Part shown: positions 10,451 through 19,232 of the stretch, one piece after another
How positions within the stretch are numbered: position 1 is the first letter of the stretch
How the letters are laid out: each line of letters begins with the position of its first letter
Assembly (NCBI GenBank): GCA_041498815.1
Contig: JBGQJC010000008.1
Location: 4,935-68,934 of the forward strand
Length of the DNA stretch: 64,000 bases
Reading direction: 5' to 3'
DNA from: Alphaproteobacteria bacterium
GTDB taxonomy: Bacteria > Pseudomonadota > Alphaproteobacteria > DATDPM01
The notes under the pieces: generated by a model
Told to the model about the DNA's origin: nothing
The model's database searches: none
The model's input: the letters and a program-made list of their open reading frames with translations, nothing else
Made by a program: the position numbers and the translations under genes

Positions 10451-11377
10451 ATGCCGGTCTGCCCCTTTCGTTCTGTTTTTGTGCTGGCGCTCCTATTTCC
10501 GCCGGCAGCGTTCTCCGCTCCCGCGGATCCGCCCCGGGTCGCGGTCACCATCAAACCGATCCACGGCCTGGTCGCCGCGGTCATGGACGGGGTGGCGAGC
10601 CCGCAGCTTTTGATCACGGGTGCCGATTCGCCCCACACCCATGCGCTGCGCCCCTCCGAGGCCCGCGTCCTCGAATCCGCCGATCTGGTGTTCTGGATCG
10701 GGCCGACGATGGAGACTTCGTTTGCCAAGCCCATCGCCGCCCTTGCCCGCGGCAAGGCCGCGAGCTTGATTGAATCTCCGGGGCTTCGTCTTTTGCCGGT
10801 GCGTGCCGCCGGAGACCAAGCGCCCCGGCCCGCGGGCGAGCCTCCGGGTTCGCTCGATCCCCATATCTGGCTCGATCCCGATAACGCCAAGGCGATCGCC
10901 CGGGCGGTGGCAAGCGCGCTCTCGGCCGTCGATCCGGGCCGCGGCGCGATTTATGCCGCGAATGCGGCCAAGGTCGAAGACCGCCTTGCCGCCCTCGATG
11001 CCGAAATCGAGGCGGAGCTCGCGTCCGTGCGCGACGTCCCCTTCATCACCTATCACGACGCCTACCAATATTTCGGCCGCCGCTATGGCTTTGCCTTCAC
11101 CGCCGCGGTGACGATTTCGCCCGAGCAGGCACCGGGCGCCCGGCGCATCCGGGAGCTGCGCGCCTTGATCGCTTCGCGGCACATCGCCTGCGTCTTCACC
11201 GAGCCGGAGTTCGAGCCGGCCCTGGCCCAGACCCTGGTGGCGGGAACGGCTGCTAAGATCGCGACACTCGATGCCGAACTCCGTCCCGATCTTCCCGCCG
11301 GACCCGATTTCTATTTCGATCTGATGCGGGGCATCGCCGACGATCTCCGCACCTGTCTTGCCCCACCGGGGCGTTGA
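10451..11377 (+). CDS. znuA: Zinc ABC transporter substrate-binding protein
   Basis: VTIKPIHGLV, SPHTHALRPS, DPHIWLDP, YHDAYQYF, VFTEPEF. Signal peptide. Confidence 0.9.
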   Translation: MPVCPFRSVFVLALLFPPAAFSAPADPPRVAVTIKPIHGLVAAVMDGVASPQLLITGADSPHTHALRPSEARVLESADLVFWIGPTMETSFAKPIAALARGKAASLIESPGLRLLPVRAAGDQAPRPAGEPPGSLDPHIWLDPDNAKAIARAVASALSAVDPGRGAIYAANAAKVEDRLAALDAEIEAELASVRDVPFITYHDAYQYFGRRYGFAFTAAVTISPEQAPGARRIRELRALIASRHIACVFTEPEFEPALAQTLVAGTAAKIATLDAELRPDLPAGPDFYFDLMRGIADDLRTCLAPPGR

Positions 11378-11405
11378 CAGGACGCGCCCAAACGGCGATC
11401 TAGCA
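11374..11405 (+). promoter_or_regulatory. Candidate sigma70 promoter upstream of hisI
   Basis: Perfect TTGACA at 11374-11379, 60 nt before the hisI ATG. The -10 element is weak. Confidence 0.4.
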
Positions 11406-11439
11406 GGCAAGGCCCGCGCGAGGCGGGCGGGAGACGGCC

Positions 11440-11853
11440 ATGACCCAAGAGACGGCCCGCGCCGCGGATGAAGTCGTGCGAGCCCTTGCCTTCGACGCCG
11501 ATGGCTTGGTGGCGGCGGTTGCCCAGCAGCACGACACCGCCGAGGTGCTGATGCTGGCCTGGATGAACCGCGAGGCGGTGACGCGCACGCTCGAGAGCGG
11601 CGAGGTCTGGTATTGGTCGCGGTCCCGCGGAAAGCTTTGGCGCAAGGGCGAAACCTCCGGCCAGACGCAAAAATTGGTGGAGCTGCGGGTCGATTGCGAC
11701 GGCGATGCGGTCCTGCTTCTGGTCGAACAAAAGGGCGTCGCCTGCCACACCGGAAGACGGAGCTGTTTCTTCCGGGCGCTTCGAGACGGGCGGCTTACCG
11801 AGATCGCCGAGGTCGAGGCCGATCCCAAGACGCTTTACGGAGACGATCGCTGA
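11440..11853 (+). CDS. hisI: Phosphoribosyl-AMP cyclohydrolase
   Basis: VLMLAWMN, YWSRSRGKLWRKGETSG, DCDGD, ACHTGRRSCF. Confidence 0.95.
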   Translation: MTQETARAADEVVRALAFDADGLVAAVAQQHDTAEVLMLAWMNREAVTRTLESGEVWYWSRSRGKLWRKGETSGQTQKLVELRVDCDGDAVLLLVEQKGVACHTGRRSCFFRALRDGRLTEIAEVEADPKTLYGDDR

Positions 11854-11873
11854 CATTGCGATTGCGGGGGCGC

Positions 11874-13538
11874 ATGGGACGGAACAAGCATCGAATGCGG
11901 TCATCTCATTCCCCGAACGGCCAGATCGAGCGGCGGCTTGGCGCCGCCTTCGTCTTGACCATCGTCTTCATGGCGATCGAGGCCGTGGGCGGGTGGTTTG
12001 CCGGCTCGCTCGCGCTTATGGCCGATGCCGGTCACATGCTGACCGATGCCCTGGCCCTGGCCCTGGCCTTCGCCGGATTCTGGTTCGGGCGGCGCCCGCC
12101 CGACCAGCGTCGCTCCTACGGTTACCGGCGCTTCGAAGTTTTGGCGGCCTGGATCAACGGACTGCTGCTGTCCGGCATTGCCCTGCTGATCATGGGTGAG
12201 GCGGCGCTCCGCCTGTTGACCCCGGTCGCGGTCAAGGCCCTGCCCATGCTGAGCATCGCCACCGCCGGTCTTGGCGTTAATCTGGTCACCCTGTGGTGGC
12301 TGAAGCGCGAGCCCTCCGACCACATCAATCTGCGCGGCGCGATCTTTCACGTGGTCGGCGATGTTTTGGGCTCGGCCGCGGCGATGCTGGCCGCGATCGT
12401 GATTCTGGCGACCGGTTGGATGCCGATCGACCCGTTGCTGTCGCTCGTCATCGCTTTGCTGATCCTGCGCAGCGCCTTCGCGCTGGTGCGCGGCGCCACC
12501 CACATCCTGCTCGAAGGAACCCACGACGACATCGACCTCGAGCGCATGCGCGAGGACGTCGCCAACAGCGTTCCAGAAATCACCGGGATACATCATATCC
12601 ATGCTTGGTCGTTGACCTCGGGCCACCCGATGCTGACGCTCCACGTCCAGCTCGCCGAAGGGGCCGACCGCGACACCGCCTTGCACGCGATCAAGGAGCG
12701 ACTGGCCACGGCGTTTCACATTTCTCATTCCGTGGTGCAGCTCGAATGCGGCCTCTGCCCCGACGCCAAGACTTCACTCCGTAACCATGCGGGCGCGGCG
12801 ATCCTGGTTGCGGCTGCCTTGCTGACGGGCTCTGCCGCAGCGGACGAGCGCCCCGTCACGGTGTTCGCGGCGGCGAGCCTGAACGGCGCATTGGACGCGG
12901 TATCAGTGGCCTATGCCGAAAGCGGAGGCGGCAAAGCGATCGCGTCCTATGCGGCATCGTCCGCGTTGGCCCGCCAGATCGAGAACGGCGCGCCGGCGGA
13001 CATCTTCATTTCGGCGAATGAAGAATGGATGGACTATGTGCAAACGCGAGGGCTTGTCGAAACCGGCAGCCGCGCCGATCTGCTGCGCAACCGCTTGGTG
13101 CTGATCGCACCCTTGGGCAAACCGCTCGATATTGCGATCGGCCCCGGATTTCCCTTGGCCAAGGCGTTGGGCGACGGCAGGCTTGCCATCGGCGATCCCG
13201 CGGGCGTACCAGCCGGAATCTACGCCAAGGCGGCGCTTGAACATCTGGGCGTCTGGAACGAGGTGGCGGACAAGCTGGCGCCCATGGCCGACGTACGCGC
13301 GGCACTTACCCTGGTCGAGCGCGGCGAAGTTCCGGCCGGAATCGTCTATGCGACCGACGCAGCCGCCAGCCGCGGGGTGACCGTGGCCGGCATTTTTCCG
13401 GACGGCACGCATCCGCCGATTATCTATCCGGCGGCGCTTCTGCCGGGCGCGGGTGCTGCGGCCCGTGATTTCTACGGGTTCCTGCGCGGCCCCGCCGCGC
13501 GCGCAATTTTCGAGCGATTCGGATTCGAGGGTATGTGA
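11874..13538 (+). CDS. In-frame fusion of a Zn-type CDF exporter (ZitB/CzcD-like) and the molybdate-binding protein ModA
   Basis: One 554-aa frame. CDF part: SLALMADAGHMLTD, SYGYRRFEVLAA, AIFHVVGD, HHIHAWSLT, HSVVQLE. Then a hydrophobic segment ending GSAAA. ModA part: VTVFAAASL, ASSALARQIENGAPADIFISA, VPAGIYAKAAL, DVRAAL, YATDA. Confidence 0.85.
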   Translation: MGRNKHRMRSSHSPNGQIERRLGAAFVLTIVFMAIEAVGGWFAGSLALMADAGHMLTDALALALAFAGFWFGRRPPDQRRSYGYRRFEVLAAWINGLLLSGIALLIMGEAALRLLTPVAVKALPMLSIATAGLGVNLVTLWWLKREPSDHINLRGAIFHVVGDVLGSAAAMLAAIVILATGWMPIDPLLSLVIALLILRSAFALVRGATHILLEGTHDDIDLERMREDVANSVPEITGIHHIHAWSLTSGHPMLTLHVQLAEGADRDTALHAIKERLATAFHISHSVVQLECGLCPDAKTSLRNHAGAAILVAAALLTGSAAADERPVTVFAAASLNGALDAVSVAYAESGGGKAIASYAASSALARQIENGAPADIFISANEEWMDYVQTRGLVETGSRADLLRNRLVLIAPLGKPLDIAIGPGFPLAKALGDGRLAIGDPAGVPAGIYAKAALEHLGVWNEVADKLAPMADVRAALTLVERGEVPAGIVYATDAAASRGVTVAGIFPDGTHPPIIYPAALLPGAGAAARDFYGFLRGPAARAIFERFGFEGM

Positions 13539-13542
13539 TCCC

Positions 13543-14247
13543 TTGTTTGCGCTGACACCCCTGGAGACGGAGGCGCTGCGCCTTAGTCTTCGCGTCGGCA
13601 TCTGGAGCGTGGCCGCGAGCCTCCCGCTCGGGATTATCGTTGCTTGGCTGCTGGCGCGCCGCGAGTTTCCCGGCAAGACCCTGGTCAACGGAATCGTCCA
13701 TCTGCCGCTTGTCCTGCCGCCCGTTGTCGTGGGCTACGCCCTATTGGTTTTGTTCGGAAGGCACGGCGCGATCGGCGCCTGGCTTTACGATACTTTCGGG
13801 ATCACGATCGCCTTCACCTGGCGGGGCGCCGCGATCGCCGCCGGAGTGATGGCGTTTCCCCTCATGGTGCGGGCGATCCGGCTTTCCATCGAATCGGTCG
13901 ACCGCAAGCTTGAAGCCGCCGCGCGGACGCTGGGTGCCGGTCCGCTCGACGTGTTTGCGACCATTACCCTGCCCTTGATCGTGCCCGGCATCATCACCGG
14001 CGTCATCCTGGCTTTTATCCGCGGCATCGGCGAATTCGGCGCGACCATCACCTTCGTCTCGAACATTCCCGGCCAGACGCGGACCCTTCCGCTCGCCCTG
14101 TACAGCCTGACGCAAACGCCGGGCGGCGATGCGGGCGCGATCCGGCTGGCGCTGATCGCGGTGGCGTTGGCGATGGCGGCGCTGGTTGCGTCCGAAGTGA
14201 TTGCCCGGCGTTTCAGCCGCCGCATTTCCGGCACGCCCCATGCTTGA
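13543..14247 (+). CDS. modB: Molybdate ABC transporter permease
   Basis: LPLVLPPVVVGY, LEAAARTLGA, GEFGATITFVSNIPG. TTG start inferred. Confidence 0.92.
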   Translation: MFALTPLETEALRLSLRVGIWSVAASLPLGIIVAWLLARREFPGKTLVNGIVHLPLVLPPVVVGYALLVLFGRHGAIGAWLYDTFGITIAFTWRGAAIAAGVMAFPLMVRAIRLSIESVDRKLEAAARTLGAGPLDVFATITLPLIVPGIITGVILAFIRGIGEFGATITFVSNIPGQTRTLPLALYSLTQTPGGDAGAIRLALIAVALAMAALVASEVIARRFSRRISGTPHA

Positions 14248-15349
14248 GATCGCGGCCAAGCGCGTGTTCGGAAATTTCGCGCTCGATGTCGCCTTCGCGG
14301 TCGAGCAAGGCGGCATCACGGCCTTGTTCGGCCGCTCGGGATCGGGCAAGACCTCCACCGTCAACCTGATCGCCGGCTTGGCCCGCCCCGATTGGGGTAC
14401 GGTCCGCCTCGACGGCCGGATCCTGTTCGATTCCGCCGCCCGAATCAACATGCCGCCGGAGCGGCGGCGTATCGGCTATGTGTTCCAGGAAGGGCGCCTG
14501 TTTCCGCATTTGTCGGTCGCGGGAAATCTCGCCTACGGCATGCGGCGCGCAGCGTCGGCGGCCCGCGCCGTTTCCTTCGACCACGTGGTGGAGCTTTTGG
14601 GGCTCGGCGTTTTCTTGCGCCGGCACGTGGCCGGTCTTTCCGGGGGCGAGAAGCAGCGGGTCGCGATCGGCCGCGCGCTTCTTTCCAGCCCGCGTCTGTT
14701 GCTGATGGACGAGCCCCTCGCCTCGCTCGACGCGCCGCGCAAGGCGGAGATCCTTCCCTTCATCGAACGGTTGCGGGACGAGCTCAAGATCCCGGTCGTT
14801 TATGTCAGCCACGCCATGGAAGAGATCGTGCGTCTCGCCGATCGTGTGGTTTTGCTGTCCGACGGCCGCATCGCCGCCACCGGCACGCTCGACGACGTCA
14901 TGGGCCGGCTCGATCTTCGCCCGCTCACGGGGCGCTACGAGGCGGGCGCGGTGATCACGGCAACCGTCACCGGCCATGACGAGGCCTTCGGCCTGACCCG
15001 ACTTTCGTTCCCGGGCGGCGTGCTTCAGGTTCCGGGACTGACGGTGGAAACGGGGGGACAGTTGCGGCTGCGCATCCGCGCCCGCGACGTCGCGTTGTCC
15101 GTGCAACAGCCGGTGGAAATCAGCATTCTCAACGTTTTTCCGGGCGTCGTTGCCGAAATTGCAACGGACGGCGTTTTTGCCGACGTGATCGTCAACATGG
15201 GCACGCCGATCTGGGCGCGCATCACCGCGCGCTCGCTCCATGATTTGAAGCTTCGTCAGGGGTCCCGGGTCTTCGCCCTCATCAAGGCGGTCGCGATCGA
15301 CGGGCACAGCCTGGGGCGCCGCGGCCGGCCGGCCGAACGCGACACCTAA
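14240..15349 (+). CDS. modC: Molybdate ABC transporter ATP-binding subunit with C-terminal TOBE region
   Basis: GRSGSGKT, VFQEGRLFPHLSV, LSGGEKQRVAIGRAL, ISILN, VFALIKAVAI. Confidence 0.92.
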   Translation: MLEIAAKRVFGNFALDVAFAVEQGGITALFGRSGSGKTSTVNLIAGLARPDWGTVRLDGRILFDSAARINMPPERRRIGYVFQEGRLFPHLSVAGNLAYGMRRAASAARAVSFDHVVELLGLGVFLRRHVAGLSGGEKQRVAIGRALLSSPRLLLMDEPLASLDAPRKAEILPFIERLRDELKIPVVYVSHAMEEIVRLADRVVLLSDGRIAATGTLDDVMGRLDLRPLTGRYEAGAVITATVTGHDEAFGLTRLSFPGGVLQVPGLTVETGGQLRLRIRARDVALSVQQPVEISILNVFPGVVAEIATDGVFADVIVNMGTPIWARITARSLHDLKLRQGSRVFALIKAVAIDGHSLGRRGRPAERDT

Positions 15350-15576
15350 GCGTTCCAAGGGCTTGCGGTTTGTAACGTAACCGCCATCAAACTTTTGAAC
15401 ATCAACGGTTTGTGTTATTTATGCCTGGAATCGCCGGATCGAAGCCCTTAGGCCGGGCGGGGTAACACCAACGGCGAAAGCGACATTTACAGGGGAACGG
15501 CCGCCGCCCGGGGCGGCCGCAAAGGGGCATGGCGGCATCAGGATCGCGGCGCACCGGGCCGAGTTGTTTTGCGGCA

Positions 15577-16815
15577 ATGAGCAGGCTCGGCTTCGCCGCC
15601 GCCTTCATGGCCACGTTGCTTGCCGCCACCGATGCGCGCGCCGGCAAGGACTTCGGCCCGGTGTCATATTTTCGCATGGCGCTCGGGCGCGAGCTGTTCG
15701 TCAGTCCCGGCGGTTCGCCCGGCCTCGAGCTTCAGAACCCTTCGGGGCAGCCGGACGTCGACCTGCTGTTCGGAGTCGATCTCAGCAAATACTGGGGACT
15801 CGAGTTCGCGGTCAATTACGTCAAGACCGATCTTCGGGCGACGGGCGACGGCAAGCTCGGCGATTTCTCGACCATCTCCGGAATCCTCCAGGCGCGCCTG
15901 CGCTATCCGATGCACAACGACCGTTTCGTTCCCTACGCCTTGTTCGGCGCGGGATACGGGTTCGGCGATTTCAGCGGACGCACGGATCCCATGACCTTTC
16001 CGATCGGCGGGCGCAGTTGGTCCAGCCAAGGCATTCTCGGCGGCGGCGCCGAATACTTCATCTACCGCAACCTCGCCTTCGGCCTCGAACTCCGGGACAC
16101 CTTCCTGTTCCGCCCCGAATTGACCGTCAACGGGCAGCAGCAGGCGATCAATGCGGATTCGGTCGCACTCACCGCCGGCCTGCGGGTCTATTTCGACAGC
16201 CCGCGCAGCGGCAAGCCGGGCGTGAACGCGCATCTGCCGCCGGCGGTGGATACCGCCAAGTTCCGTCCTTACATCATGGTGCGCGGCGGCCAGGCGCTGT
16301 TCACCGATACCAATGCGCTCAAATCCTCGAATATCGTGATCGACAGCACCTCGGGCCCGCTGTTGTCGGGCGGGTTCGGCGCGAACTTCAGCCGCTATTG
16401 GGGCGCCGAGTTTGCTTTTGAATACGCGCGCGCGCAAATACGAAACCCGACGAACAACGTAAAGATCAGCGGTTATCCGGTGTGGACGATGCTGGGTTTT
16501 GCCCGGCTGCGCTACCCGACGGAACACGACAAGGTGGTGCCATATCTGAGCTTGGGCGCCGGCCTGGGCTGGGCCGAAAAAGGCGACCCCGACATCCCGG
16601 AAACCGTGTCCGGTTTCCACAGCCCGCAGCAGACCACTTTCGTCGGTGCCGCAGCCGTGGGCGTCGATTACTTCGTCCAGGACGACGTGGCCCTGACGCT
16701 CGAGGCGCGCGACACCTTCAACTTTGCCACCGACGTGTCGCTGAACGGCGTGCCGCTCAAGCTCCATCCGGATTTCGTCTCGTTTTCCGCCGGCATCCGC
16801 GTCTTTTTCCAGTAG
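15577..16815 (+). CDS. Outer-membrane protein with two tandem OmpW/OmpA-type beta-barrel domains
   Basis: Signal peptide ending ARA. Internal duplication: YWGLEFA/YWGAEFA, ARLRYP..VPY twice, RDTF twice, AGLRVYF/AGIRVFF. Confidence 0.75.
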   Translation: MSRLGFAAAFMATLLAATDARAGKDFGPVSYFRMALGRELFVSPGGSPGLELQNPSGQPDVDLLFGVDLSKYWGLEFAVNYVKTDLRATGDGKLGDFSTISGILQARLRYPMHNDRFVPYALFGAGYGFGDFSGRTDPMTFPIGGRSWSSQGILGGGAEYFIYRNLAFGLELRDTFLFRPELTVNGQQQAINADSVALTAGLRVYFDSPRSGKPGVNAHLPPAVDTAKFRPYIMVRGGQALFTDTNALKSSNIVIDSTSGPLLSGGFGANFSRYWGAEFAFEYARAQIRNPTNNVKISGYPVWTMLGFARLRYPTEHDKVVPYLSLGAGLGWAEKGDPDIPETVSGFHSPQQTTFVGAAAVGVDYFVQDDVALTLEARDTFNFATDVSLNGVPLKLHPDFVSFSAGIRVFFQ

Positions 16816-16822
16816 CGGACCC

Positions 16823-17221
16823 TTACATCCCGCTCTTGAGCATCGATGCCGCCTCTTGCGCGGCCGACTTGGCCTCCGCCAGGCCGCTAGCCGCCAAACC
16901 GGTGTTCGCCCGCTCCAGCGCGTCTTGCAGGATCTTCTTCTTTCCGGTGTCGGCGGTATCGGGGATCGCACCGTTGCCCATGCCGTTGCACGGGTTCATC
17001 GAATTGGCGTCGAACCCCGGCCCGTTCGGCCCCGCCAGGCAATTGGCGGTGTGATGGAGGTGGGCGCGCGCCGTGTCCAACACCGTCGCCGATGCCGCGT
17101 AGTTCGCGTGCTGGGCGGCAACCGCCACTTCCTTGGCCGCGTCGCCGGCCGATGCGGGCCCCGATGCAGCTAAAAAGACCGCCAACGCCGCAACGCAAAG
17201 CTGTCTGTCGAGCTTGTTCAC
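16823..17221 (-). CDS. Secreted hypothetical protein (HLHH..NC..NPC motif)
   Basis: GTG at 17221 with GGAGG RBS, signal peptide ending ASA, 132 aa. Confidence 0.75.
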   Translation of the reverse strand: MNKLDRQLCVAALAVFLAASGPASAGDAAKEVAVAAQHANYAASATVLDTARAHLHHTANCLAGPNGPGFDANSMNPCNGMGNGAIPDTADTGKKKILQDALERANTGLAASGLAEAKSAAQEAASMLKSGM

Positions 17222-17478
17222 GATTGCGCCTCCCGAGTTGAATCGCCGGAACCCGTTCTCAGCGCGGCGTTCCGCCTTTGAGATGTGGGGCCTGGACCGC
17301 GTTGCGTGCAAGTGCATTCTTCCGCTGGGTGCGCGGCGCCAATATCCCAAGTCAGTCAATGTTGAGTCGCTTGGGCGACAGATGTCCGGGAAAGACGATT
17401 TGCTTCGGCCGCGCAATCCCCTAGAATTTGCGGCCGCGGCCGTTGCAGCCAACAAACGCCGCCAGAGGAGTTCCCGGG

Positions 17479-18048
17479 ATGTCCACCGAGATGCTTGTCG
17501 TGCTTGGCATCATCGCCGTCGCCGCGTTCATCGTCATCGCCGTTTACAACGGCTTGGTGTCCGGCCGCCAGGAAGTGCGCAATGCCTGGGCGCAGATCGA
17601 CGTCCAGCTCAAGCGACGCCACGATCTTATTCCCAATCTCATCAATGCGGTCAAGGACGCCATGCAAGTCGAGAAGGCGCAGATCACGGCGGTGGTCGAG
17701 GCGCGCAATAAGGCGCTCGGGGCGCGCACGCCGGACGAGGCGATGAAGGCGGAAAACAATCTGAGCGGGGCGCTGCGGGGCCTGCTTGCGCTGGTCGAAT
17801 CCTATCCCCAGTTCCGCTCGCAGCAGAACGTCTCCGGCTTGATGGAAGAGCTGGCGACGACGGAAAACAAGATTGCGTTCGCGCGGCAGCATTACAACGA
17901 TGCGGTCCAGGCGCAAAACACCCGCGTTGCCGCGTTTCCGGGCATTCTGTTCGCCCGCAGATTCGGCTTCGGCTCCGAGACGCTGTTCCAGGTTCCCGAG
18001 GGCGAGCGCGCCGCCGTCGAAGCCGTGCCCGAGGTCCGCCTTTCGTAA
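17479..18048 (+). CDS. lemA: LemA family protein
   Basis: N-terminal TM, YNGLV, NAWAQIDVQLKRRHDLIPNL, ENKIAFARQHYND. Confidence 0.92.
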   Translation: MSTEMLVVLGIIAVAAFIVIAVYNGLVSGRQEVRNAWAQIDVQLKRRHDLIPNLINAVKDAMQVEKAQITAVVEARNKALGARTPDEAMKAENNLSGALRGLLALVESYPQFRSQQNVSGLMEELATTENKIAFARQHYNDAVQAQNTRVAAFPGILFARRFGFGSETLFQVPEGERAAVEAVPEVRLS

Positions 18049-18053
18049 GGCCG

Positions 18054-19145
18054 ATGACCGCTTCGGCTCTTTACAACACGGATTTCGCGGGCGCGATCGC
18101 GCGCAACAAGCGCAACACGCTGCTGCTCTTTGCCGTGCTGATCATGATCGGCGCCGCGGCCGGCTACGTGCTCGGCTGGGGCATGGCCGTCATCGGCGAG
18201 ATTTCGCGCCTGCCGCCCGAAGCGGTGGAAAGGCTGACGGCAGGCGCGGTGCTTCTCGATCTCATCGGGCCGCCGCGGCCGGGCGCCCTGACCGGCGCCG
18301 CCATCGTCGCCGGCGGAGGATTTATTTGGGGTCTCATCACGCTTTTTGCGGGCGCCAGGATTCTCGCGGCCTTTGCCGGGGCCCGGCCCGCCAATCCGGA
18401 CAATCCCGCCGAAAAGCGATTCATCGACGTCGTCGAGGAAATGGCGCTGGCCGCCGGCGTGCCGCCGCCCCGCTCCATGGTCATCGAGACGCCGGCGCTC
18501 AATGCTTTCGCCACCGGATTTTCCCCGGACAGCGCGATGATCACGGCGACCACCGGACTCATCGAGGCTTGCCCGCGCGAGGAGTTGCAAGGCGTCGTCG
18601 GCCATGAAATGGGGCACGTCGCCGATTACGACGTGCGGTACACGACGGTGGTGGCGGCGATGGCGGGAATCATCGTGCTGGTGGCGCACGGGCTGCGCAA
18701 CATGGCCCGCTGGTCTCTTTACGGCGGCCGCTCGCGGTCGCGCGAGGGCGGCAAAGGCGGCGGATTGATTCTGCTGGTGATGCTGGTCGTTCTTGCCGTC
18801 GTCGGCATCTTGGCGCCGCTTGCCGCCCGCCTCGTGCAGATGGCGATCTCGCGTCAGCGGGAATATCTGGCGGATGCGAGCTCCGCCAAGCTCACCCGCA
18901 ACCCGATCGGGCTGATCCGCGCGCTCGAGCGCCTCGGGCGCGGCGATACGGCGATCGCGCACGACGATTCGCCGGTTGCGGCGCTCTGCATTGCCGAAGG
19001 CGAAGGCGCGGCCTTGAGCGGCATTTTTTCAACCCATCCGCCGATGGCCGACCGCATCGCGCGGCTGCGGAATCTGGGCGGCGACGTCGCCCAACCGGCC
19101 GACCGTCATCGACAACTCGCGGCTGGCGACCCCGGCAGGAATTGA
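18054..19145 (+). CDS. htpX: M48 family zinc metalloprotease (HtpX-like)
   Basis: NAFATG, HEMGH zinc motif, SRQREYLADA, FSTHPP. Follows lemA. Confidence 0.85.
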   Translation: MTASALYNTDFAGAIARNKRNTLLLFAVLIMIGAAAGYVLGWGMAVIGEISRLPPEAVERLTAGAVLLDLIGPPRPGALTGAAIVAGGGFIWGLITLFAGARILAAFAGARPANPDNPAEKRFIDVVEEMALAAGVPPPRSMVIETPALNAFATGFSPDSAMITATTGLIEACPREELQGVVGHEMGHVADYDVRYTTVVAAMAGIIVLVAHGLRNMARWSLYGGRSRSREGGKGGGLILLVMLVVLAVVGILAPLAARLVQMAISRQREYLADASSAKLTRNPIGLIRALERLGRGDTAIAHDDSPVAALCIAEGEGAALSGIFSTHPPMADRIARLRNLGGDVAQPADRHRQLAAGDPGRN

Positions 19146-19200
19146 ACCTGCGACCTAGTGCTTAGAAGGCACTCGCTCTATCCGACTGAGCTACGGGGTC
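19124..19200 (-). tRNA. tRNA-Arg (anticodon TCT)
   Basis: 77 nt, GACCCCG...CGGGGTC-GCCA. Anticodon arm AGTGC-CTTCTAA-GCACT, GGTTCAATTCC T-arm. Confidence 0.95.
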
Positions 19201-19232
19201 GTGCCCTTGCCGACAAATATGTTGGCGCAGCC

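Noticed and set aside
11613-11873. ORF-track N-terminal extension of the CDF::ModA frame
   Set aside because: It overlaps hisI in another frame and is Arg-rich junk. ATG 11874 or 11895 fits the CDF start.
15350-15576. Gap after modC checked for a ModE box or Moco riboswitch
   Set aside because: Only short hairpins are present, with no match I could recognise to either element.
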